Assembly: GCA_036172245.1 (NCBI GenBank)
Contig: JAYWIR010000050.1
Location: 496,001-560,000, forward strand
DNA: 64,000 nt
Reading direction: 5' to 3'
From: Raillietiella orientalis
Lineage: Eukaryota
The notes under the pieces were generated by a model, which was not told where the DNA came from, made no database searches, and saw only the letters and a list, made by a program, of their open reading frames with translations. Positions 35,101 through 47,660 of the stretch are shown here, piece after piece; within the stretch, counting starts at the first letter, position 1; each line of letters begins with the position of its first letter. The translations under genes and the position numbers were made by a program.

Positions 35101-36026
35101 GGCGCCCTAGGCGGCGGCGCGCAAGCGCGGCTGCGGGGACCACCCCCGGCGGCGGGAGGCGTGCCCGGGCGGCTGGCTGAGCGGCCGGCCGGCGGGTGCG
35201 GACGGCGCGGGCAGGGCGAGCGCACACGCAGAGGTGGTGGGGTTGGCGCCTCTTTCCGCGCGCGCACCGCCTGGCGGAGGGCGCCGCCCTGCCTTCCGCT
35301 GCCCCCCGCCTTCCGGGCTGCAGAGGCCCGTCGGAGCGCGCTCCGTGCGCGGAGAAGGGCAAGAAGGGAGCCGAGCGCATCGGTGCCGAGCCCCTCGCCC
35401 CCCGGACTCGTCGTGTCCACCCACTGCTTCCCGGTCCGACCGAGCCGAGCGGCGACTCGGCTCCTGCCTCTCGGATGCCGGTTGCCATCTCCCAGGCAAC
35501 GTGCCGATGGGAAGTGTGAGCTTCGTCCGCAGCCTGTAGTCGCCTGCCGAGGAGAGGTCGCGGGCGTGCCAGTTCGGCACCCCGAGCCCAAGGAACGATG
35601 CGCGGCTCCGGCTGGCGCCGTGGCGCTTGCGGACCCTGCAGCAGCTGTCTGCAGCGCCGATCCTGCGGCCCGTGCCGTCGCCCTCTGGCTCCCGTCAGAC
35701 GCATGCCGGTCCGTTCCTCGAGAGGGACGGGCGATGTCCCGCAGACGCGCGTTGGTTCCCTCCTGCTCGGTGCCGGCGTGAAGGCAATCGCCCGGAAGTA
35801 GGCGCTGCGGTGGCTCGCCTGCCTCCGTGTGAGCTCTCCGGGCGTTCCCTTCGTCCGGCGGGAGGGGGGGGGGGAGGCGGTCGCTCCGCTTCTTCCCCTC
35901 GATTCCTGGAAAGGGGAGACCCGCGGCCCTCCCGCTGAGGGGCAGCAAGGAAACGACACTCGCATCGGCCACGATGCTCTGCCATCGCTTTAATGCCCGT
36001 GCGTGCTTCGATCGTGACGTCACTCT
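32131..36026 (-). repeat. Inverted repeat IR1, right arm
   Basis: Reverse complement of 14180-18075; mirrored ORF pairs in the ORF track. Confidence 0.95.
32450..34728 (-). CDS. ASZ1: GASZ copy 2, inverted duplicate of copy 1
   Basis: Position p maps to 50206-p; the ORF-track translations over the coding region are the same as copy 1 (e.g. 32450-32983, 32871-33224, 33453-33740). Confidence 0.88.
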
Positions 36027-39000
36027 TCGAAAGCGAAGATTATGCTGTTGTTCTGGTAGTCGAGCGTCGTCGTCTGCAGCTTCTCCAGGAAGGTCGTGGG
36101 TAGGCTGTGAAGGAACTGGAACTCGTTTCGAACTTGGTTCGAGTAGGCCAGTAGGCAGCGGTTGTGTTCGACACCCTAGAATGGGACATCCGAGGGTTCT
36201 GTGCTGACGTCTGCTCTGTGTCCTCTCACCTCAAGGAGATAGTCAGCCTGGTTGAGTTCAACCCTCAGGTTGCCGATCTGGTAGGCGATTGTGGGCAGGT
36301 CTTGCGTGTCGCAATCGATCTTGGAAACGCATGAAAATGGCAGCCAGCGGCGCTTTCTGAGAAATCTACCTCGAATGCGTGGTCCACGTTCTTCTGTGTG
36401 CCTTTGTAGTTCCTGAGGATGGCGTTTATCGCGGCGCTCGTGGTTTTTGCGATGGGCAATCCGGTGTCCACGACTGCGGGGCAGCCGTTTCTGCAATGTT
36501 CGACGCCTCCGATTTGCAGGCTGGAATGGGAGACAGGTCCTGAGGCGGTCCCCTGCTCTTCCTCCGACTTTCGTGACTGATAGAAGGAACGCCTTGAAGT
36601 CGACGGTGCTTCGGGTGGAATGGGGGCGGAATGCGCGCGCGCTTTCTGTTCATGAATTCCCATCGTCGGACGGAAGGTGGGCGATCCCTGGTTTTCCTCA
36701 GTTTGCAGAGGGAAGAATTTTCGGGATTGCCACGAACAAATGGCTGACGCGGGCAAAATGGTTTCGATCGACTTATTCTGCCCTGTTAGCGCGAATGGCC
36801 AAGGGCGACGGTTTCTCCCGGTTCAACAGGAAGACGCTGCCGACGCCATCTTGGGAAACTCAGTGCGGAGCGAGAGGCTGTTCCACACATAATAAAAACC
36901 GTACATGGAGGGGCGCTGTGAGATCGCAAGTGCGTCAAAGGAGGCTGCTGTCGTTTGCAACCTGCAGTCCGAGTGCAGCAATGACCTCGACATTGGCGGA
37001 CTGAGCCTCCAACGTGCGTGGAGAAAAAGGTCGCCTGTGATTTTGTTTCCGAGGAGATCGATGCTTCTTATGCATCGAAGGGCAAGAGAACACCCTGCGA
37101 CGCCTGGGAACCCCAGTTCACCGCCGGACTCATGGATGTCGGGAGATGCAGGAAGATGGGAGCGCGATCCTGTCAGCTGATTTCACCGGCATTCCCTTTC
37201 GTCGCTTTACTCGAGCGGCCACGTTCGACGGATCGATGGGAGAATATGTTACCTTGACAACCAAACGACCCAGAATGTGGAATCCTTGAACCTGTTCTGG
37301 ATCGTCACGGCATTCCCGCTCTGAGGAGGAGATCGGGACACAAGCACTTCCCCTGATTTGCTTTGCCTGAAAGATCAGTTGACAGTCTAATGGAGGTTAA
37401 GAACAAGATATTTGCAGGACCTTTGGAACGAGAAGGTCAGGTAAGTAGGTTTGCCGAGATGCTTCTCCATCAGGAAACTAAAGATGGGTGAAGAAAGGTT
37501 GTACTTTTTGTCCACCATGGCGATCCCGAGAACTCCATCTGCGTGGAACCAGGAAGGGAAATTTCCATAATGGAAGGCATGGATCAGGGCGCTTTCCGTC
37601 TTTGAACCGCAGTTGCCGAACTGCAACGGAGTCAATCAGAGACCCCCAGGGGGGCGCCGCGAGAGAAGGAGCCACCGAGAGGTGGACTGCAACTGCCGGA
37701 TGTGGACTCCCGCGTCGTCGAAGAGATTGGACTTCGCGGTCGCTGCCGACTTTCGAGGTCGCAATCTTCGCGTCCGCGACCACGGGTGGCGCGCCCTCCG
37801 CTCGTCAGCCTATCTCCGGGAAAACGAAATTCCCTTTCTGTGGACGGTAGCCGTGCAACGAGCAGGCGCTTCCTTCCGCGATGGCGTTTGTGGAGGCGGA
37901 ACGGAGCGGTCGCCGCAGCGCCAGCAGGGAGCTGCCACGGCTGGCGATCGAGAGAAACGCAGCTGCCAGGTCGTACGGACGCGGGCGACGGCCTTGCTTG
38001 GAGGCGCTACGAAGGCGCGGGCGGAAGGACCGCCTGCCAAAGGCAGGATGATGAGCAGATGAAGCCGCGTGGGAGGCTGCCCAGGGCTGCGTCCTGCGTC
38101 CCGAGAGCGTGGCAGCGCCCTGGATGCAGATGTCGCAGCTTGCCGTCCTGAGCGGTTCGCTTCTTCGCCGGCGTAGCTGCATCCGGAGGGGGCGACATAG
38201 CAGGAAGGGGAAGGGGGGATCTGCCGTCCAACGTGGACCAAACACGGCGGCAGCCAGCGAGGAGGACTTTGCTCCTCCCTGTGAGAGCGCATGGCGGCTG
38301 AAAGAGGTCATCGCACTGGTTGCCCACTGTGCCATCGCCTCGGTAAGCGCTTAGCCTGTACAGAAGGGTGGCATGGAGACAAACCTGCAGATCCGTCAGC
38401 CGTTCCACTCCCTGAAAGTTTTCGTAAAACAGCGAACGCTGACAGAATTTGCGATCGATCACCAGCTGGTCGCATTCCTCTTCAGCATATCTTTTGCTTT
38501 TCTCTTGAGAGCAGAGGGTTCGATTTGGCAGTAGATACGCGCATACCTACCACAGAAAGTACTGTAGCAGTAGATGGAGGGAACAACAATTGTCCCAAGG
38601 GTACTGTCCAAGGTGAGATGAAATTCTTCTTTGTTCGTTCCCAAGGATGCGACGGTGTAGTAAACTCCCTTGGAGAAGACGCATGAGAGTCTCTAGCAGT
38701 CTGCATTTTACCTCGTAGCGAAGCGGAATCTGGACGAGCGTTCCTGCCGACCGAACTCTCCAGGAACAGGAAGACCAACCGAACGCACGCTCGCTGATCT
38801 CATACAGCCACGAGTTCTCCTTTTCCAGGCTAACGCCGACCCTGCCCACACGAGGATCAGTTCCTCCCGCGCGAGCCCGAGCGCACGGGAATCGGCAGGA
38901 GCGGGCAAGCGCCCGTTGCCCACAGCAACCGCTGCGGAAAGGCACCAGCGGACGAGCGCGCGCACGCGTGCGAAAGAGAGAGAAGAAGATACGCACGGGA

Positions 39001-39147
39001 CACGCGCGAGCCTGCAGGCGCCGGGCAGCTGAGCGGCCGGATGACACAAGAAGGAAGCGATGTGGGCGTGCGCGGCGAACCCTCTTACGTGGCGCCGGCG
39101 GCGAGCAGCAAAATGATCCACCGCAACGGGAGGCTGCAGGACGGCAT
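36020..39147 (-). CDS. Secreted pepsin-fold protein, paralogue B; probably inactive; 9 exons, 378 aa
   Basis: Exons (minus) 39147-39089, 38841-38712, 38668-38551, 38503-38385, 37620-37421, 37366-37253, 36520-36370, 36319-36230, 36175-36020, all GT-AG, open frame of 1137 nt. Motifs YYTVASLGTNKEEFHLTLDSTLG, DGVLGIA, CRNGCPAVVDTGLP, IDC..LPTIAYQIG, TTLDYQNNSIIFA. Confidence 0.88.
37606..38363 (-). repeat. Inverted repeat IR2, right copy (intron 4 of gene B)
   Basis: Mirror of 11828-12585 (ORFs 11856-12386 and 37805-38335 differ by one residue). Confidence 0.93.
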
Positions 39148-40871
39148 CGTCAGCGCGCGACAGGGGAGGCACAACGAGCGAAAGAGACCGCCGGTGGCGG
39201 AGAAGGCGCGCTATAAATACCGCGGACCGGTGGCCCTGCAGGCAGCGCTGCAGCTTCCTAGACCCCCGAGCGCGCCTCCACGGAAGGCCGGGACTCTTCG
39301 TGCGAACCAGCCATTTCGGGAGAGCCGTGCGTGCGCGCCACCTTCCCCCCGCACCGGAGAGGGCGCGCCGGTGCCGGGATGTCGTTGCCGGGACGCGGGG
39401 AGGGCTGGCAGATGGAGACATCCGTGTCACGAGCCCTCCGACCCGCCACCTGCGCCAGGAACGCTCCAAGGACACCGCCAAGCTGCAGGGAAGACTCTGA
39501 GGAGGCGGGGTGCAGCGCGGAGGCTGCGGAGGTGCCCCCCCCCCCTGAGGTGCAGAAGAGGCGGTCGAGCCGATTGGCTCCTGCTCGCGCAGGCACCGCG
39601 GACGACCTAGGGAGCGGAGTGGCGCCCCGCTCGAGGCGCCACCCACCAGGGGCGGGGTCGGGTCGCGACCCGAAGCAGGACAGGTGTGGCTGTGCGGGGG
39701 GGGGGGAAGGGGGGACGTCCTTCCTTCCTTCTCGGATGGGAAAGTGGAGATGAAAGGAAAAGGAACAGGCCCCCTATCGCCCCAGCCGGCCTCCCCGAGG
39801 AAAAGCCCTCCTGGGGAACTCTCCCGTCGACCCCCGTCCGCCGTCTGCCTCCCCACCTGCGTACGGAGGGGGTGCGGACGAGCCGATCGCCTCCTCCTCT
39901 CCCGCTGCTTCTCTCTCCGGAGCAGGCGCGCCCGGGAGCCTCACCGAGGGACCGCCTGCTCGAGCCACGCCTGCGGCCATTCCGCCGCCTCGACCTCCAC
40001 TCCCCGGCGAGTAACGGACCGCCTTTCTCCAGGCGTCATCCGCTTCCAGGGATAGGCGCGCGCCTCCTCCGGCCCCTCCTCTTCCCAGCTCGAGAGCGGG
40101 TGGTGGCGCTGCGGAAGCGTGGCCAGGGCGCTCCGCGCCCCTCCGCCCGTTCCGGGTGAGGAGCGGAGTGACCGCGGCCGACGGCCGTCTCCGGCGGGAG
40201 AGGGGGCGGTGCTCTCTGAGTCGTCGACGGACGCCCTCGAGCTCGAGGGCGACTATTGGTCCTGCGCCCCGGCAACAGCTGCATCCCCACGCGTCCTCCT
40301 TCCGAGCGACTGCTCCCGGGAATGGGCGCGCGTGCCGTCGCACGCGACGCAACCAACTCGAGTGCGGGGCGCCGCCTCCGGCGGGCTACCACTCGCGTGC
40401 GCCAAACGCCTTGGCATGACACGCGCCCGAGTCGGGGGAGTCGACGCGCGTGGTGGCACCGCCATCGACACGAAACGGGGGAGGGGGCACTCTTGGCCAG
40501 CCGGGCTTCTCGGCTGCCGATGGCGTTGCCTGCGGCACCTGCCGGGGTCGACCCGCGTCCAGCGGAAGTTCTTTCAGGGAGAAGGTCTGGGACATTCTTG
40601 AGCGCGCCCGCTCGAGGGCCCCGGGTCTCGTCGGCGGAATGGGCAGGCATCGCTCTCTGGCCGGCAGGAGGGCATCGCCTCTCCGCCTGCCTGACGAAGC
40701 TCCGTGTAAGCGAGCAGAGAGCCTCGAGCGGACGATCGCCGCGCCCACCGTCCTCGTCGTCGGTCGTCCCCTTCGGAATGGGCGGCGAGGGAGAGCACGG
40801 TGGACCTCGTGGCGAGCGGCGTGCGGAGCTTCGCAGGGAGGCGCCACTTTCAACCGCTGCTGGACCTGCAG
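38841..40871 (-). repeat. Inverted repeat IR3, left arm (~2.0 kb): upstream region, exon 1 and intron 1 of gene B
   Basis: Reverse complement of 45629-47660 (sum 86500/86501); about three differences seen, including a G-run length change. Confidence 0.95.
39212..39219 (-). promoter_or_regulatory. TATA-like box of gene B (TATTTATA)
   Basis: Homologous position upstream of ATG 39147. Confidence 0.65.
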
Positions 40872-43289
40872 GGCAGTCTGCACGTCCCAGGTGTCAGGAA
40901 GCTGCGCGCGTGGCACCTGCGGCCCCGGGGACATGCTGCCCTGGAGGAGGGAGGCCGCCTGACGGAAGTGCCCACGCCCGTCCTGGACGTGCCCTGTCCG
41001 GAAACGGCAGCACTGCTCTGTGGAAGGGGCTGAAAGAGAAGCGGCAGACACCGGCGGGGGGTTCCCATGGTGATCCTTTGAAAATTCTATCGACGGCGGC
41101 ATTCATCATCATCCTTGGTGGAAGCCTTCGGGCGTGCAATCAGTCGCTCGTTTCCCGCTATTTCTTCCAAGGTTTCTCCTCTCGCTTTCTCTCTTTCTTG
41201 AATGGCTTCGCTCTCTTTTCTGAGAGGGCGCTCGCTGGTGTGCGCAAGTTGGTGGGGGCGGGGGAGGAAAGGACGGGTCGGTCCGGTCATCTGCGCGAGA
41301 TGAGAATTCTGCGTCAGAGGTCCTGTGGATGCTGAGGTCTCCGCCCGTGGCACCACCAAGCGTCGCGGATTCGAATACCCCGGACTGTATCGACGCACTG
41401 AGTCTTGGGTTTGAGTTACTCCCGCGAGATAACGCTGGCTGGCCTCCATTAATCCGCGTGCGGCGCCATCGGTAGCGGTTGACACTGGATGCTCCCAATG
41501 AGGGCCGGGACAATGGGAGTCGACCCTCCGGGTCCTTCCAGGAATCAAGTAGAGGAAGTTCTTCCCCTCCGGTTTTGCAAAGGAGAGCGGACCCCATTCC
41601 CGGGGAATCCTCCGCGTCGTACTGGTGGAGTCGGTGTGTCGTCACCTCTCCAGAAAGTGTACAGGAGCGAGCCGCTCCCTTCGAGGAAGCAGCGCTCTTC
41701 CTAATTTCGGAAGCGTCCCTTGGGGTTCTCTTCAGAGGAGGAGAAGACAGGGAGCGGTTCCCTTCCCGAAGGTGTCTTCGGAGAAGAAATTCCTAATAGG
41801 GGATCCTTTCAGGGTTCCCTCCGGCGAAGAAAAAAAAAGGACCATGGGAGGACCCCCATGGAGTCCCTCTGGAGAGAAAAAGGAAGGAGATTCTCTTCGG
41901 AATTCCCCTCTGGAGACAACCAGGGTGGAGGTGATCTCCTTTAGCGGGGATTCCTCCCCAGGTGTGAGAGGAGCGGACTCCGAGCCTTCAAGGATTCATA
42001 GGTGTATTCTATCTTGAAGAATTCAAGATGCTGGAGGATGAGGGATGCTGGAGCAAAAGTGGAGGTATCTTCCCCTTTTCGTTTCCTACTCTGCTCCGCA
42101 CCCCATCAAATGCCGGGGGAACATCCTAAAATGTTGATTGGACGAGGAAACGGGATCAAGGACAAGAGGCAAGACCATTCGGGAAAACGTTTAGGGAATG
42201 AGGAAAGGAAGATTTCGTCGGAAAGGCGTTGGAAACGGTTGAAGGATGACTTTTGAGGGAGCACACCAGTAAGGGAGGAATGGCAGAGATTCGGGAAGAA
42301 CAGAGAGCTGAGTGGGACTGAAGGCACTTGACTTATCGCAGCTGCTCGTGGTCTCTTTCCAGAGGAGGGCAAGGCGTCCTCGCCTGGGGAACCGTGTAGG
42401 GATCGCAGCAAGAATGGACCCAAACCGGGCCATCAGTTGCCGACAGACCACTCCATCCTATTCCTAAGGGGTCACCGTCTGTTCTTTCTTGCCTGCCAGA
42501 GGTGGATTGCAGATTGGGACGTGATGGAACTCTCCGGGAGACCTTTTGGCTCCAACCAATTGCCTCAAGTATCCTTGAGAATTCACGTTCGGAGAGGGGA
42601 ATCCGGAGCCTCTACTTGCAGTAGGGATGAGCGCCACGGGAGGACCACGGGTGCAGGACTCGAGGACTCGTTCTGCTTTGGAGCTCCTCCCGTCGCAGCT
42701 GGCATTACCGAGAGGGAAACTGCATCGTTCCTGGAATACAAGGTCGCGCAGCTCGTCGTCCTTAATGGGAAGATCGGTCTGGGACTTTCCGGTGTGGACG
42801 GCGGAGTTCTGGAAAGTCGGAAGATACGCCTGCACGCGCCAGCAACGCGAGCGTCTCCCTCTCGATGAGACCTGACGCAGCGCCACCAGCCGCTCGCTGT
42901 CGATCGGGCGAGAGAGACCGCTTCGCGACCGCGTCTGGAAGGAACGGGGATGATGAAGATGCGGGAGCGGGAAGATGCAGCCATCAGCACGTCCTCGTCA
43001 GCAGAGGTGCGGACGAGCAGGCAGGCGAACGGTGCGTGAGTAAGCGTGCGTATGCTTTTCAGGGTGACGCCGAGTCGTCCACTTGAGAGGAGCAAACAGG
43101 CGAATCGGGAGAGGCTGCCCCCAAAACGACAAGGACCCCACGAAAAAGCAAAGGAACCCCAAAGGGAGGTTGCACTTTCACGCAGTTTGGCTGAAAGTCT
43201 CCAGAGGGGGCAAGCGGACAAGGAATGAATCGATAAACCTGAAGGGTGGGGGCGAGGGTCCCTGAGTTGTCCTGTTCCTTCTTGAGAAA

Positions 43290-44240
43290 GTAGGGAAAGT
43301 CCGGTACGAGCAGAAGAGGGAAAATCTCATAATAAATGGATAAATAAACGGAAAGTGAGGGTAAGTGTCATCGGTGATGACCGTTCCTTCTTTCTCGATC
43401 CGGCGCAGGATGCCGGCAATCCCCCATTCGACTTCTTCCTTCAGGGAAGGTCACCTCTCAATCTCGATCATGCAGGTTCCAGGCAGGTGCCCTCACTTCG
43501 CTGCGCCCGGAACTCCAGCAAATGGAGCGCATGCCACACGACGTCACAAATCACGGCGTCTGCAGTAACGCCACCTCTCGCGAAGGGTCGTTGCAGCAAG
43601 TCGTTGGCGGTGTCCTCGAGATCCGGGGGTGCTGAGAGAGACCTCCGACAAGCTGCAACAAGAGGTGCAGGAACGATCCAATCGCCCCACAACTTAAGCG
43701 GTTTGGGGAAGCAACTCACCCAAGGAACAAAGTTCCCACGCCGGTGGCACTGTAGACCCCCGTGAGAGACAGCAGCCCATCCTCCTTTTACTTCAAGGGG
43801 AGAGCTGGGTGTTCCCGCGCAGGAGAGGGGCAGCAAGGGGCGCGCCCTATAGCCCGCCGCCCCGCCGAAGTGTAGTCCCTCCGCTCTCTGAGGCCGGGCA
43901 ACGGGATCCCATCGGCTGATGGGCCCATGAGTTCCGCAACTCTTGTGCTAGTAGCACAGGAGGTCTCCCGCCCCACCGATAGGCAACTGCCTCTTTTTGC
44001 TCTGAGGGCAGACTGGCGGCGGGGGATTCGCGGATGGACTTCCGGGATCGAGGCTGCTTGCCGGAGAGGGAAGCCGGAGCCCCTCTTCCCGCGCCGGCAG
44101 TGACAAGACCTTCTCTTCCGGAGCAGCGCCGGGCAGGACGAGACGTAGGCAAGCCCACAAGTTGGCACGAGGAGCCAGCACTCGGGGCTGCGCCAGCAGT
44201 CCGATTCCTTCCGAGCTCCCGGTCGGGCGGACAACGGCTA
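43290..44240 (-). mobile_element. Decayed non-LTR 3' fragment within the IR3 spacer
   Basis: HGGLQCHRR remnant, terminal GILRR and pyrimidine-rich tail like 5940-6050. Confidence 0.55.
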
Positions 44241-45628
44241 CGTGAGGCGGCACCTCCTCGACTCGGCCCCTCAGGACGCGCCGAAGTTGGTCAGGAAAGA
44301 AATCGCTCGATTCCGACCGCCCGACCAGAAGTCTGTGGGCAGCTCGATTTTCCTCGCCGGGTCACAGCACGACACCTCTTCCGCGTGCCACGTGAGTGGG
44401 CGGAACTTTTCACCCGGCAACCCAGAGCTCCTTCGGCTGTAAGAAAGGAAACAAGGAAGGCGGTTCCCTTGGAAATGAAAAAGACGAAAAGAATCACAAG
44501 TCCAGTTTGGAGGGTTCGCAGACTCAAGAATCAAGTGTGGTACACCTGATCGTTTCTGCGGTCGGCTAGGGAGAATCGATGAATCAATAGGTGGAGGGCA
44601 GGGAGAGAGGACACGTGAAGAGCCGTGTCCTCATTCGCCGACTTCCTTGCTCCAACGCAGCGCCACCTGCGTGCGTTGCTCGCGAAAAGGCCGGCGGTGC
44701 GGGCGAATCCCCGGTGTTAGGGTTGCTGCAACCGAAGGGGCAGAATGAAGGCCCTCATCTCGTCGCGGGTGCGGCAGGATGCTGCAGCCACGACGGCGGA
44801 TGAGGAGCCTCTCCGCGAGAAATAGCAGCTAAACCAGCAAGTTTCGATGCAGGAAGAGCACCAGAACCAGTCGCCACAGCAATCTGTGGAGCAATAACGC
44901 AGCAGCTCAGTAAGAGGTGGGTCCTTCCGGTGGCCCCTTCCGGAGAACCGCGGCGGAAGATCTGCGGCACCGCAACCCGCGCCTTCTCTGCATCTTCCCC
45001 AGAAGGAGGCGGTTCCGGGATTGGAGAAAAAAAATCCCCGGATGGCCTTCTTGGAGCATTCGGTGCTACATGCGCGACGGCGCGCGGGCGCAGGGTCGAC
45101 GATCACGGTCGAGGGACCCAGCAGGAGCACGAAGAGCCCTGCAGGATGATAAGAAGACCCTTCCAGGGGACACGGCAAGACCCACCTTCAGTAGGGAGAG
45201 GTGGCACACCACGTCCCACTCCGGCATCTGCCACTGGATGCTCACGGCCGCCCTTTGGAACAAGGAAGCGGAGGCTGCGGTGGGCGACAGGGGTCAACTT
45301 CAAGGCGGCTGGTTCTCCCGTGACGTCACCAAGGAAGGGCGGAGAACCATGACAGAGACGGCCGGTCTGGGCAAGGGCTCCCTGATGTCACGGAAGGACC
45401 CGGTGGAGTCGCTCACTTCCAGCCCCGGCCAGTCAGCGAGAAGCATCCAGAGGTTTTTACCAGGGCAGCCACGGCACAACCTCCCCCCTTCCTCGGGGCG
45501 TCCATCTTTCCACTCTCCCCCTTACGACGTCCATCTCTCCACTCCCACTTTCGTGGCGTCCATCTCCCCTCCTCTCTCTCTCGAGCACGGTTCAAACCCG
45601 CCCCCCTCTTAGCAACGCGTTCGCCGTT

Positions 45629-47660
45629 CTGCAGGTCCAGCAGCGGTTGAAAGTGGCGCCTCCCTGCGAAGCTCCGCACGCCGCTCGCCACGAGGTCCAC
45701 CGTGCTCTCCCTCGCCGCCCATTCCGAAGGGGACGACCGACGACGAGGACGGTGGGCGCGGCGATCGTCCGCTCGAGGCTCTCTGCTCGCTTACACGGAG
45801 CTTCGTCAGGCAGGCGGAGAGGCGATGCCCTCCTGCCGGCCAGAGAGCGATGCCTGCCCATTCCGCCGACGAGACCCGGGGCCCTCGAGCGGGCGCGCTC
45901 AAGAATGTCCCAGACCTTCTCCCTGAAAGAACTTCCGCTGGACGCGGGTCGACCCCGGCAGGTGCCGCAGGCAACGCCATCGGCAGCCGAGAAGCCCGGC
46001 TGGCCAAGAGTGCCCCCTCCCCCGTTTCGTGTCGATGGCGGTGCCACCACGCGCGTCGACTCCCCCGACTCGGGCGCGTGTCATGCCAAGGCGTTTGGCG
46101 CACGCGAGTGGTAGCCCGCCGGAGGCGGCGCCCCGCACTCGAGTTGGTTGCGTCGCGTGCGACGGCACGCGCGCCCATTCCCGGGAGCAGTCGCTCGGAA
46201 GGAGGACGCGTGGGGATGCAGCTGTTGCCGGGGCGCAGGACCAATAGTCGCCCTCGAGCTCGAGGGCGTCCGTCGACGACTCAGAGAGCACCGCCCCCTC
46301 TCCCGCCGGAGACGGCCGTCGGCCGCGGTCACTCCGCTCCTCACCCGGAACGGGCGGAGGGGCGCGGAGCGCCCTGGCCACGCTTCCGCAGCGCCACCAC
46401 CCGCTCTCGAGCTGGGAAGAGGAGGGGCCGGAGAAGGCGCGCGCCTATCCCTGGAAGCGGATGACGCCTGGAGAAAGGCGGTCCGTTACTCGCCGGGGAG
46501 TGGAGGTCGAGGCGGCGGAATGGCCGCAGGCGTGGCTCGAGCAGGCGGTCCCTCGGTGAGGCTCCCGGGCGCGCCTGCTCCGGAGAGAGAAGCAGCGGGA
46601 GAGGAGGAGGCGATCGGCTCGTCCGCACCCCCTCCGTACGCAGGTGGGGAGGCAGACGGCGGACGGGGGTCGACGGGAGAGTTCCCCAGGAGGGCTTTTC
46701 CTCGGGGAGGCCGGCTGGGGCGATAGGGGGCCTGTTCCTTTTCCTTTCATCTCCACTTTCCCATCCGAGAAGGAAGGAAGGACGTCCCCCCTTCCCCCCC
46801 CCCCGCACAGCCACACCTGTCCTGCTTCGGGTCGCGACCCGACCCCGCCCCTGGTGGGTGGCGCCTCGAGCGGGGCGCCACTCCGCTCCCTAGGTCGTCC
46901 GCGGTGCCTGCGCGAGCAGGAGCCAATCGGCTCGACCGCCTCTTCTGCACCTCAGGGGGGGGGGGGCACCTCCGCAGCCTCCGCGCTGCACCCCGCCTCC
47001 TCAGAGTCTTCCCTGCAGCTTGGCGGTGTCCTTGGAGCGTTCCTGGCGCAGGTGGCGGGTCGGAGGGCTCGTGACACGGATGTCTCCATCTGCCAGCCCT
47101 CCCCGCGTCCCGGCAACGACATCCCGGCACCGGCGCGCCCTCTCCGGTGCGGGGGGAAGGTGGCGCGCACGCACGGCTCTCCCGAAATGGCTGGTTCGCA
47201 CGAAGAGTCCCGGCCTTCCGTGGAGGCGCGCTCGGGGGTCTAGGAAGCTGCAGCGCTGCCTGCAGGGCCACCGGTCCGCGGTATTTATAGCGCGCCTTCT
47301 CCGCCACCGGCGGTCTCTTTCGCTCGTTGTGCCTCCCCTGTCGCGCGCTGACGATGCCGTCCTGCAGCCTCCCGTTGCGGTGGATCATTTTGCTGCTCGC
47401 CGCCGGCGCCACGTAAGAGGGTTCGCCGCGCACGCCCACATCGCTTCCTTCTTGTGTCATCCGGCCGCTCAGCTGCCCGGCGCCTGCAGGCTCGCGCGTG
47501 TCCCGTGCGTATCTTCTTCTCTCTCTTTCGCACGCGTGCGCGCGCTCGTCCGCTGGTGCCTTTTCGCAGCGGTTGCTGTGGGCAACGGGCGCTTGCCCGC
47601 TCCTGCCGATTCCCGTGCGCTCGGGCTCGCGCGGGAGGAACTGATCCTCGTGTGGGCAGG
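45629..47660 (+). repeat. Inverted repeat IR3, right arm: upstream region, exon 1 and intron 1 of gene C
   Basis: Mirror of 38841-40871. Confidence 0.95.
47282..47289 (+). promoter_or_regulatory. TATA-like box of gene C (TATTTATA)
   Basis: Homologous position upstream of ATG 47354. Confidence 0.65.

Noticed and set aside
14180..47660. All inverted repeats being pure assembly artefacts
   Set aside because: The arms carry point differences, unique spacers and continuous diverged homology beyond their ends, and every flanking gene is intact. Considered unlikely but not excluded without reads.
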